This document shows positions 26,769 to 38,181 of a DNA stretch of 64,000 nucleotides, piece after piece. Under the pieces are notes generated by a model. It worked only from the letters and a program-made list of their open reading frames with translations. It did not search any database and was not told the origin of the DNA. The stretch comes from Peribolospora baueri (lineage: Eukaryota): assembly GCA_029717555.1 (NCBI GenBank), contig JAMDHS010000005.1, forward strand, positions 186,001-250,000, in the 5' to 3' direction. Made by a program: the position numbers and the translations under genes. Within the stretch, counting starts at the first letter, position 1; each line of letters starts with the position of its first letter.

Positions 26769-29700
26769 GTGACGTCGTCAAACCTTTCCGACATCGCGCT
26801 GGCCTCCGCCGGGCCGCCGATCACGTCGGACCGGTCGGCAGAACCTCAACCTTTGGACGCTGCCCAGCACGCCCAAGTTCCATCTCAGCACGACGGCGGC
26901 CCTCTTGCTCCCCCTCCGTCCCAGCCGACCGTCTCGCAGGTGGAGGCGGCCGCCACCGCCTTTGCCACCCTGTCGTCACACCCGCCTATCCAGCTCCATC
27001 ATCTCCCTCGTCGACCCCTCCCTCGACGCGCCACGAACCCGGAGGGCGTGTCCCAACTGGTGAGGACGCATCATCCACCTTCGGCAGACGTCGACCCCAC
27101 CTTCGCATCGTCCATCCTCGGCGCCTTGTCGTCGGCGTCCGTCGACCCCAGCGCCCTGCTTCCCTCCTTCACCGCCGCCCCCGCCACCTCCAGTGCGGAC
27201 GCTCTCACCAGCGTGCCTCGCTCGCCCGTCTACGACCACGCCCCGTTCGGTCTGCCCGACGCATGGCAGCAGCCCTCCGCCCTACACTCGTCCGCCCACG
27301 AGTTCGCTGCGTCCTTGGCGAGCACTGTCGCGGACGCCAGCGGACTGCCTTTGCCAGACACTTTCACTCCCGCCACCGTGTCGGCCGGTATGAGCGCAAG
27401 CATGGCCGAAATCATGGCCGCTGACGCTCCGGCGAATGCCGCGGTGCCCGTAGCGCCCGGGGTGATCGGCGCTGGTAGCGGGGACGTCGCCGCCAATGTG
27501 ACATCCGGGCCCGGTGTTGCCGTCGTGGAGCAGAGCAGGCCCGACGTGGAGATGAGCGTGCCACCTTCCGGGCAGACGATGACGCTGGAAGACGGACTGT
27601 CCATGAGCGCCGTCGTACCCAGCGTCTTGGCCCCGCTCGTCTCTTCACAACCTCAACAGCTCGCTTCAGCGCCCGCGTTGAGCATCGTCCCGTCGGCGAC
27701 GGCGCCGCCCGCTCTTTTGCACGGCCGGTGCCAAGGCCAGCCCGGATCGGAGACGCGAGAACGGGGAAACAGCTCTGCGGCGGCGGGGGAGGGCCAGTCG
27801 GATGGACAAGATTGGATGGGCCAGATCGGCCAGTTGTTGGACGACATCCTCCAACTTGCCAGTCACGCCAACGCCGACTTTTCCCGCGGCGATCATGCCG
27901 GTAGCGCGGGTCACTTGGGCCATCTGCAGCGCAAGCTCGCCCTCATTGGCGAGCTCGGTTTTCGCGGCGCGTCGTCCGAGGCGGCCGCGGCTGCCGCTGC
28001 CGCCGCTGTTGCTGCTGCTGCTGCCACCAACGTGGACGTTATGCGAGTCGGACAAGCTATGGGTGCTCCTCTGGATGGTGGGACGGCGTCGATGTTGGGA
28101 GATAAAAAGGTGAGTTTAGCGACGATGGGCACGCCCGTCGTAAGCGGCGCGGCGTTTTAAGCTGACTCTCCTTTTCTCGCAATGGCTGATTGCTTGCACG
28201 CAGCGCGGCTCACCTGTCCAGGATCGCGATCAAGCGAACAAGCTGGCCAAGCTCGAAGCCGACGGCATCGAGATCACCCCGCCCACTCCACCTCCACTCC
28301 ATCACACCCAGTCCGCCCCCGTCGTGCCCCAGCTGCACAGCCAGCCACCGTCGGCGGTGCCCCAGCCTTCGTTGCTGATGTCGGCGTTGACGAACACGTC
28401 GCGCTCTGCTCAGGCTTCGCCCTTGAGCTCCCAGCCGGTCACCGGCGTGGCCGGGTCTCAGCACCTGCCTCTTGTCCCGTCTCCGCTCGCCATCCAATCG
28501 ACGCCCACGTCGCCCACCGGCACGACCGCCTCCCTGATGGCGCAACCGCCGCTCACCTCGGCGCCCAGCCGTCCGCGGTCGAACACCAGCGGATCGGCCT
28601 TTGCTCCTTCCTCCACCTTCACCTTGACCAGCCCCGTCAAGGTCGACACGGCCGCGCCGTCCGCGCTCCCGTCCGCCGAGTCGTCGCCTTCCTCTCAAGC
28701 CTTCTCTCAAAACCTTTCGTCCTGGGCCGGCCAGCCATCGAGCGAAGGCACGACGGACGAGGCGTCGAGCTCGAGGGGCGGCACGGACGGCGACTCGGGT
28801 CGGAAGAGGAGGAGGAGCAGCCTCAACGCCGTCGTCCCCGAAGCCGGCCTGCATTTCAGCCCCAACGGCAGTCCTGGCCCGTTTGCCAGCGTGCCCCTCC
28901 CCGGCGGTTCGGCCTCCTCCGGTCAGCCAGCCCCGCCGGCTATCGAACCGGAGCTCAAGGCGAGGCTGGACGCTGTGTTCTTGCAGTTCTTGAACCGCAT
29001 CTGTTCCAATCGTGCGTTCCCTTTTCCGGCGTCTTTCTCCGGCTTTCGTGGTTTTGTTTCTCGATGTGATGTGATAGGAGTCGCAGTTAGCTGAACCCCA
29101 CCCATCCTCGTCTTTCTTACCCGTTCCCGTTGTCACTCGTTCGTTCCCGCAGTCGAAGCGACGGACGCAAAAGGCGAACACATCCACCAGACGCTCATGC
29201 CCAAAAAGATGCAACGCCTCGACGAATCTCCCGACTTCCGTCCCTTCAAGTTTCGCATCCAAGCTTTTACCAACGCCTTTCATGAGGAGCTCGAACGGGA
29301 GGGCGTGAGCGATGAGGAGGTATCGATTAAGAAGCTTAAGCAGTATCTCTGGACGCAGCCGCTCATATCGAGGTTCAACGAGGATGGAAAAAAGGCAAAG
29401 TCCAAAGGTGGGCCTAACATCCGTTCGTTCCGTTCGTTCGTTCGTTCGTTCATCCCTCGGATCCTCACCCGTCCGTCCCTTCCCGTCTTCCCGTCTTCGA
29501 AAGGAAACCACATCTGGAACATTGAAGCGAAAAAGCTCCCAGAGGGAGGTTGGACGTTTCGCGAGTTTTCGAGGAAGATTGCTGGCGCGCCGGAGAAGAT
29601 TGCATATATTGGGTGAGCGGTGCGGTCTCGGCCCGGCCTGGCTGGCAATTTGCTCGAGGATGGCGATGTTGATAACGTCTGCCTTTTTCTGCCTATTTCT

Positions 29701-30746
29701 TCTCTTTCTTCCTCCCCCGCCGCTCGCTCCCCTTTTTCCGCCCTTATGTGCAGGCTCAAATGGTCGTGGCAACCTCGCGTCTGGGACCCACAGGCGTCCT
29801 CCTCGAGCATCAAAGCCGTCTTCAGCTCGCCCGTCCTTCCGTCTTGGTTGTCGTGGGAGGAAGATGAGAAGATCCTCTCTGGCACGCCCACCATCGAGAG
29901 CCAGAGCGGCGAGGTCAAAGTCGTTGCGCACGTGAGTCGACACGGCCCAGATTCGTCCAGACGGCCTCCTAATCGTCTTCGTCCCTCCTTTTCGACACCT
30001 TCCCCCCCTTTGCCCCGCAGTACTGTCATGGTGGCCAGCTTCACAAGCTTGAGCACTCCTTCTGGCTTCAGGTTGCGCCGCTCATGGCCGTCTCCACCTC
30101 CGTTCCCGGTCACGACGGTGGACAGATGCCGGACCACATGGCGCGTCAGATGGCCGGCTCATCTGCGATGATGAACCCGATGGCGATGCTGCCCTATTCC
30201 TCCGCCATTCCGGGCCGCCCCATGATGCAGCGCCAGGAGTCGATCAGCCACGAGATCGTGCAACCTCAGGCCGTCGCTTCCGTCCTCCAGGCCGTTGACC
30301 CCAGGTCGATATTGACCCCGCCCATACAGGGCCATTACGTCGACCAGAACGCACACTTGCAGGCCGCCATCGAACAGCGTCAGCAGGATCAGGCGGCGTC
30401 TTTGCTCCTCTCCTTGCCCGGAGGGCAGGGACAGCCCGCCCCGTCGTCGCAGTCGTTCGCCATGTCGGCCCAGCCCATGTCGACCGCGACGACACTGGCG
30501 GCGGACCAGCTGGCGCTCGTCAACTCTGTTCAGCCCGTCGTCCAAGCCGACTTTGATCCTTCTCACGTCCCCATCCTCCCTTCTTCTGCCCCCGGCCCCG
30601 GACAGGTCCCGCCGCAGCCGGCGATGGTCTTCTCAGACGCCATGATGGCCGCCGCGGCCGCGGTCGCGGGCGGTGGCGGCGGCGCTCACCCCCCGCCGAC
30701 CCATCTCGAAGGGCACGACATGTCTTCGATGAACATGAACGGCTGA
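26769..30746 (+). CDS. Conserved protein of unknown function, possible nuclear regulator, with C-terminal CADG/Ig-like module; probable GUG start (first in-frame ATG at 27390)
   Basis: Six coding exons splice in frame. Core: FLQFLNRICSN|LEATDAKGEHIHQTLMPKKMQRLDESPDFRPFKFRIQAFTNAF...LWTQPLISRFNEDGKKAKSK|GNHIWNIEAKK, then LPSWLSW...LSGTP. NLS-like RKRRR, no signal peptide, Q/P/M-rich tail. Confidence 0.85.
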
Positions 30747-31370
30747 GCTGAAGCAAGCGCCATCGCTGTGGCGAGCCTGGATGCTCCTTCGCACGACATA
30801 AGGCGAGGCGACGTAACGCGTGGGCTCGTCGGTCCGTCGACCGTTCTTCAGGATTGATCACCTGGATCCTCTTCTCCCAGCATCTTTTTTGTTCTCTCTC
30901 ACTTTCGGTTCAAGGGTTACCAGTCATCTCCGAAGGGTCTCTCGCTCGGCTGGTGCAAGAAGGAAGGTCCGGTCGATCGACTCGGCTTGGCGGCGTTGGA
31001 AACCCTGAAAAAGCGGATGGAACGTGTACCCACCCACTCCTCATCTATCGTGGCCTCGAGTCCCATACCCCCGCCCCCCCGGTCTTTCCTTCTTTCTCGC
31101 GTTTCTGCTCGCTCCTCTCTGTCTTCCTTGCTCTGTATACGACGGCTTTCCTTTCCCCTCCCTCAGGCGTCTTCGTTCCGTCGCTTCCGCGGTCTTCCCT
31201 TCCCCTTTCTCTCTGGGTCTCTTTCTGTTCCATTTCGTCCCTTCCTTTTGGTCGCCCCCGTCCCCTGCTGTGTAGCCTGCCTGCCTGCCTCACGGCCGCA
31301 TTGAACAGGTCGCTCGCCCGCTCCTGTCGGTCACACTTCCCCTCCCCTCCCGCCCTCACATTCTCACTCG

Positions 31371-31398
<28 letters not shown>
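31371..31398. repeat. (CT)n microsatellite
   Basis: Read directly from the sequence. Confidence 0.8.
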
Positions 31399-31401
<3 letters not shown>

Positions 31402-32252
31402 ACTCTCGTTCGCTCGCTCGCACTCGTCTCTCACTCTTTTTTTTTGGTCGAGACCACCGCATTCTCTCCATCCAATTGTTTGAATAGCGCATCCCAGCCG
31501 TCCGTCCCGCAGATCTCGCCCGCCGTCCCGTATGCCCTCCTCCCTCCTCTCCTGTCCCATTCGCTCCCCCTGCACATCCCCCCCCCCTCTTTCATCCTGT
31601 CTGCCGTTCTCCCGTTCCTCCGCCCGACCGTTCGATCAGTCCATCGACCCCTCCCAGCTCCCCTTAGCCCCTCGCCCCTACCATGCCCTCTCCTCTCCTG
31701 TCCTCTCCTCTCGGGTGTTGTCGAGCGTACCGGCACTGTGTAGAGCATAGCTAACTAGCCAACCAGCCAGCCAGCCAGTCAGTCAGCCACCTTTGGAACA
31801 CGAGGCGTGCGCAGCGGAATTCGCCCCTTCTCCTCTCCCCCTCGCGCCCCTACCCCGCGTGTTCCTTCCTCATCAACGAAAAGCCGACGTGGCGTGGTGA
31901 CGTGGTCGATCGACCAAGCATAAGCATGGCCATCTCTCTCCCAAGGTTGGATAGGATGCATGCATTCTTTTCACTTATTCATTCATTCGTTCAATCAAGC
32001 AACTAACCAATCAATCAAGCTGCAAGCGTGCGAAACAAGCCGCCCGCCGTCCTCGTCCGCCGTTCTCACACGCGCACACACACACACAAGCCAGCGTCTA
32101 GCCAGTCAGCGCTAGCTAGCTATAGCTCACTCGCGCTCATTCAATTTTCGCACACCGCCCGGCGGGGTTCGGTGTCGGTCGATCATTTCATCCCTCTCGC
32201 CGTCCTACGAGCCCAGCCCAGGTGAGCCGAGCCGAGCGGTGACGCGTGGGGC

Positions 32253-32933
32253 TCAACCCCGTCTATAAGCATAGGAGTTGTATAGCCCGAGTGCTATGCA
32301 GTATGCGGGAGGTTGACTACCCAGAGGGGTCTATGCATATTTGCCGCAGTCGTTGCCACAGTCGATAGAGTCCATCAAGACATGAATTCCAAGCTTTACT
32401 GTAGAGTATGTACTCGTCATAACACAACCATGTTCAAGAAGAAGCGTGTGCAGAAAAGAATTGTCGAAGATCGGCTTGTTCACGCTGCTCGTTGACATGT
32501 TTTGAAAGAGATGGTGAAACGCGGACAAGCACCCACGTGTAGTAATGTTAGAACTGACGGTGGATGGACGAAAGTGGATGTTACTGGTTCGTTATTGTTA
32601 AGAGAGCATACAAAGAGGAAAACGGCAGCAACACATTCGCCTACATAGTCATGTCCGCTTTCAGCCGCGTAACCACGGTGCGCGTCGCCGCCAACAGAAA
32701 CGACCCACGAGGATGCACGTGACCCTCAACCCTAACTATGCAGAGGGCGCATAACTGGTAAGGACGGCACCGGTGCCAGTGCTATGCAATATGCGGGTAT
32801 GTCAGTATGCATATAGACCAGTGTTTTGGCTGGGATTAGTTAATTTTTGGCTGGGGAGCAAACGGGAAAGGGAGATCGCCATGCACTATGTGAAGGCATG
32901 CCTATGGACCCGTATGCTAACAGACAGGGTTGA
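32253..32933. mobile_element. Non-autonomous DNA transposon (MITE-like) with imperfect terminal inverted repeats
   Basis: Left end TCAACCCCGTCTATAAGCATAGG matches the reverse complement of the right end, TCAACCCTGTCTGTTAGCATACG, at 19/23. Internal direct repeat AGTGCTATGCA(G/A)TATGCGGG near 32290 and 32778. Visibly more AT-rich than the flanks. No TSD found. Confidence 0.6.
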
Positions 32934-33606
32934 CTGTAGCAGTTGGCAGCTGCCACTCGATCGCTTGCGGCCGTCCGTCCGTCCGTCCGTCGACGTTTTT
33001 GATCATGATGGATGGATGGACGCGCTCCGTTTATTGACATCTATCTGTCTGCGTCGCCGTACCTCCATTATGATGAAGAAAATGAAAAAAGAGAGGTGAA
33101 TCGTCGCCGTCGGCCGGCGGGCGGGCGGGCGGGCGTCCACCCACGTGTCCGTGCGCTGCCCAACCTCCCGTGGCGGGGTGAGTGGAAGAGGGGAGAAGGG
33201 AGAGGGTGGAGAACGACGGTTTTTCGATGCGAGCGAGGAAAGAGCGAACGAAGGGACGGCCCAAGAACGAACCACGGGACTGATAGACAGACAGATAGAC
33301 GGACAGATGGACAGAAGGACAGACGGACAGAAGACAGAGAGGAGACCGCGGAATAGAAAGAAAAAACCAAGTCCCCCGGGAACATAAAAGAAAGACAGAA
33401 AAATCCAGAACGAGTGTCGGCGTCGTGGGGAACAGAATAGAAAGCATGTCGTGACGGATCGGGTATCCAGGGATGCGCTCACTACCCTTTCCTTGCAGCG
33501 TGGCCGGAAGCGGCTTAACACGGGAGGGGGGGGGCGGTGTGACGCTCATCATGGAGTGGCGACGGTCCCAACGGGAAGGAAGGAAGGAAGGACTGGCTCC
33601 GATAGC

Positions 33607-35550
33607 TCAGCGGGTCGTGTCGCTGTGCAAATCGTCGCGCGATTGCTCGCGCCGGAACTGGGGCAGGTGGTGGGTGGCATAGTATGGGCTGGTGAGCTCG
33701 GTCCCGTGCCCGTCGGCATTGTCCGGCACGCCAATATGTCCGTTGTCGTAACCGTCCGCGCCGTCGTTGAAGCGCCCGGCGGTGACCATGGACTCCTTAC
33801 CGCCGATGGCAAGCCCGGCGCGCACAGCCTTGCGGTCCTCGAGGTCCATGCTCTCATGGCGCACCATCTCCGTCTCCATCACCGTGATGCCGCCGTCCAG
33901 GTTGGCCTGCCTCTCCCGATGACTGCGAGCCGAGAGGTGCGAGCTGAGCTGGAAGTTGGGCACGTTCGACTTCTGACGGCCGCCGCCCACGCTCCTGCTC
34001 CTGCTGCGGTTGCGCGAGGCGGACGACGACTCTTCAGGCAGAGACATGCCTGTGGACCAGCCGCCGGAACGAGCGTTGAGCGTCGAGAGGAGCGAGTTGG
34101 TGTAGAGCTTGCATAGCGGCAGGTTGAAGATCTGAGATGAGGAACGGCGGTGCGAGAGGGGGTAAAGATAAGCGTCCGTGACATGGGTTTGCGGAGGTAA
34201 AACCGCCACGCTCGCCACGCCCCGAACATGCGCGGCCTTGCTTACCAGGTGGAGGTTGTTGGTAAAGCACTGGAAGAGAATGAGACTAAAAGGCAGCCCC
34301 GGAAGATGAACGAACGCGTGAGCGACGACGAACCGATGGCGACGACAAAAGACGGCTTGGTGCTCACTCAACGATAGCGAACGTGGTGGTAATGAGGCCC
34401 GTCTGGAGGGTGAGTCGGACGAGGCGCGTGATCAAGCTGAAATCGTGGCGATATATAAAGTCGCGAGCGGCGGGTGAGCTGCGTAAGGAGGCACAGGAGC
34501 GGGACAAGAACTCGGGAAACGCACTCGTCTGTGGCCGCAAATCCGGTACGGCTCTTAGACAGTTGATAAACAAGCGTGGTGGTGATGAGCAAGTCCGCGC
34601 ACGCGCTGCCGGCGAGCCAGAGGGTGACCATGAAGCCAAACTTGTGGAACTGGTCGAACTGTGTGTGGGCAAAGGCAGGAATTAGCGAACCAGGTGAAAG
34701 GACGGCTGACGGAAATGAGCTCTTGACTGGGGAGAGGGCTCACATGCTGAATGATCGTACAGGCGATGGTAGTTCCAAGGGAGGCGACTGCAGTCGAAGG
34801 GCGTGCAAAAGTTCGCTAATTAGCCTCGCCCGTCCCAACACCGAGTGTCAAAGCGTCCCCTACACGAGACTCACGCAACTGCAGGCCGGCGAAGAACCAG
34901 ATGATGGTGGCGATGAAGACGGAGTGAGAGAGTTTCATGACGCGCCAACCGAAGAAAGCTTGTGTGGTGGAGGAGATCTGGCGGAAGGAGAGCGCGCGGG
35001 ACGGGATTGGTCAGTATACGCACGCTGGGAACGGACGACGGACGAGAGGGTTGAGGAGGTAGGGGAAGCTCACGATGCCCGTCATAATCGGGTCCGAGTT
35101 GAACGTGGGGACGGAGACAGCGAGGTAGCTAATGTTGCCTGCAGCGAAGAGCGAGGCAGATGAATGTTCAGCGAAGAGCGTCGACTCCAGCTGCCCGTCG
35201 CCACCACCCACGCAACCAGCCGCGCCATCTACTCACCGAACTGCGAAACGCCGTAGGAATAAGTGAAATGACAGTCGAGGATCGTGTTGAGCGTGTCGGC
35301 AAGGAGGAGGAAGCCGACGAGAATTTTGAGGATCATCTTGTCCTTGGGGAACCGACGATAGTAGACATAGCATTGCATGAAGCTGAAGCCTTGGAGCCAG
35401 ATGTTGAGCCAGGTGCCAATGACGATGGCTCCGAGCGTCAAGTCGAGGGCGCCCACTGCAAAGGCGAAGGGAGGCAGCAGCGTCCTCGCGCGCGTCAGCG
35501 TAGTGCGTCGAAGACGTCGTCGTCGTCGTCGGAGGCTCTTCACGCTTACT
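33607..35550 (-). CDS. DUF6534-like multi-pass (about 7 TM) membrane protein, multi-exon
   Basis: Motifs LDLTLGAIVIGTWLNIWLQGFSFMQCYVYYRRFPKD, FFGWRVMKLS, WLAGSACADLLITTTLVYQLSKSRTGF, LITRLVRLTLQTGLITT and LCKLYTNSLLSTLNAR match this basidiomycete-expanded family as I recall it. The start codon is split by intron 35549-35456. Confidence 0.85.
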
Positions 35551-38181
35551 TTTTGCAAGTCTCTACTCGGGACCTTCACGACACGACGGGGCCCGAAGGC
35601 AGCTGATGGCGAGGTGTGAGCAAAGCCGGTGCTCGGGCCCCTTCCAGCTGGGACTGAGAGTGGGAGGAGGCAAGCTGGAGACGGTGCCAAATGGATCCGG
35701 AGTGGAAAGGAAAATTAACGAAGGACAGGCGAGCGGAGAATCCGTCCGTGCCAATGGTGCGGGTGCGGGGGAGGGAGGGAATGACAGTGTCCAAGAAGTC
35801 AGCTCGGGTTTATGTAGTTTTCGGAGGTGACCTGCTCGGTCGTCCAAAGATATCAGATGCAAGTCCGCCATTTGTTGATCCCCATCTTACGGGAGGAATC
35901 AGAAGATAATCAATCTCCCTGCGCTCCTGTTCCTGCCCCGCCGTACCCCGTAGCGTCTGTCCCTTGGGGGGTTGGGGGAGGGGGGGGTTGGTGGCCCTGT
36001 ACCCACTGGACTGGCACCTCTGTCGAGCCGGCGACCCCAGAGAGAAGCGTCGTGTCAAGCAAGGTCTTTTGCCCATGAAAATAAAAGAAGAAAAAACACG
36101 TTCCCACGGCCTTCACCCCGTAGTCCAGAGCGAGGAGGCAATTCGATGTAAGGATGGAAGAGAAGAAGGAGGGGATGGCCCCCTTTTCCTTCTTCGCGCG
36201 TCTGCGAGGATGAGCGATGGAGGAGATGGCGTAACGCCTTGGGCGGATTCTTTGCTTGGTAGTTCGACTTCCCAACGGCAGAAGGAGTTAGTTCAAGCCT
36301 CCTCATTTTGCGTAATAGCGCGGCGTGCCTGGAACGGCTCCTGCAACTCTCGCATCGGCTGGCGGGCGAAGAAGCGAGCGGATGCTGGAGGAAGGAAAGG
36401 GAAAACAGAAGGATCTCGGGCGGCGGCGGCGGCGGGCGAGCGTACAAACGATCCAACGCAGATTGGCCGGATGGAGCGGTGCGATGGCAGAAAGGTCCGC
36501 GTCGCGTCGCGTGCGGAGAAAAAGGTTAGGACCGCTGGGGGAGGCCCGGTGAGGGCCGCCAATGGCGGGGAGAAACGCAGGAGTGCAATGACGGGCGCTG
36601 GATCGGATAGGATGACGGTTGCGGGATAGGATGGGATGGACGGTGGGCGACGCGACGCACACGCCAAGCGTGATGCTGGCCAGTCATTGCTACACAGGAG
36701 CCGGCCAGGAGGACGACTATGCGAGCAGAGCACACCGGACACCGGATCCGCGAGAGCAATCCCCATAACGTCAGCAAGTAACCCGAGATCCAGTATCTCC
36801 GCTGGGCTGCGTCACGTTTGCGCGTCCGTGCGTCATATACTTGCGTGTGCATGCTCCACCCAGTGGACTGTGCCTCAGCCGCGACCGCGACCACGGCTGA
36901 GCTGACGGCGGGCAATGGCGTCTGGTGTGCGCTACTGTACCTCTCTGCGGACCAGGACGGGCAAAGCTGCGGGTTAGAGAGCTGGGCGCAGGCGTAGCAG
37001 CTCGCGATGGAATGGCGATGGATGCCACGGAGTCGCGCACCTTCATTTACGTAACGAGACGGTACGCCCGCAATCCGCTACTGCAACAGACGGCCGGTGC
37101 ATCCGCTGAGTGGGGCGGAAGGACGGGAGGCGAGACACGGAGAAGCCGCGGGTGCTGTCGGCTCGGGTAGTGTGATTATATACAAGGGACCCGTACGAGC
37201 TCTCTAATGAGGCCGCAGAGCGGCTCCCTCCGTTAGATCACATACAGAACGGGGAAAAAGGAAGGAACCCGCGAGCGGCTAGAGAGAAGCACCCGGGCGA
37301 GGCGAGCATAGGGGTCCCTGAGGTAGCCAGCCAGCGAGCCAGCCAGGTATCTACTGTAGCTAGCTAGCTAGCTACCAGCTCCCTACGACGTTTTGCGCTT
37401 TCTGCCCGTCGCCCATGCTCGATGCAAACGAACATGGCAAGCGTCGCCCGGCCGACGCGTGCGTCTGCTCGACACCATCGATCGACATTCTCCCGCGGCT
37501 GGCCGGCCGATGGGGGCAGGCGGCTGTTCAAAATAGGTTGAGCGGCGCAGGACGTCGTTTGTGTACCGAGTCGGACGTACGATCGATCGATCATTCACAT
37601 TCACATGCGCACCCCGCGGTGCGCTCGCACGCACGCAAGATGATGCGGCCGCCTCGTCGAATGGGCGGAGGAACGAAGCGCGGCGACGACAGTGTTCGCG
37701 ACTCCGAGGCCGAGGCCGGCACCGCTCTCGCTCTCCTTGCTTGCCGTTCGATTCGCTCGGCCTTGGCCCTTGCTATGCTCCTACCTCTCTCCCTTGCGGG
37801 CCGACCCCACGCTTCGAGCTTGTATGAGTGGGGGACATGCCCCGCGCGAGCACGACGCGGGCGTCTTGTGCGGGCCGCGTTCGCGTTCGGAGGAGTCGCC
37901 TCTGGGAGCGGATGCTTGCGTGCGGAGGAAGCGGCATTTTCCTGCCAGCACGTGGTGCAGCGCTGCGGCGACCGCAGTCGCGAACGCGTACGGGCGATCA
38001 CCGTTTTGCCGAGATATGGTGAAATCGGAGTGTGTATCGATTTCTCGTCCGACCCGACCTGACGTTCTGTCGGTGTAGCAAGCAACCAACGGACGAACGA
38101 ATGAACGACGCGCACGGCTACGCGGTCAACACGATCCTCTCCCGCCCGGCCCCTCTGTTTTTCCTCGCCTGTTGACATCGT

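Noticed and set aside
25561..26772. 403-aa and other long ORFs in the leader region
   Set aside because: They have no ATG and pyrimidine-rich low-complexity content, so they are best explained as 5' UTR and intron.
28210..29943. 577-aa antisense ORF crossing several introns of the unknown gene
   Set aside because: It has no recognisable motifs and an Arg/Gly-rich shadow composition, as expected opposite a GC-rich CDS.
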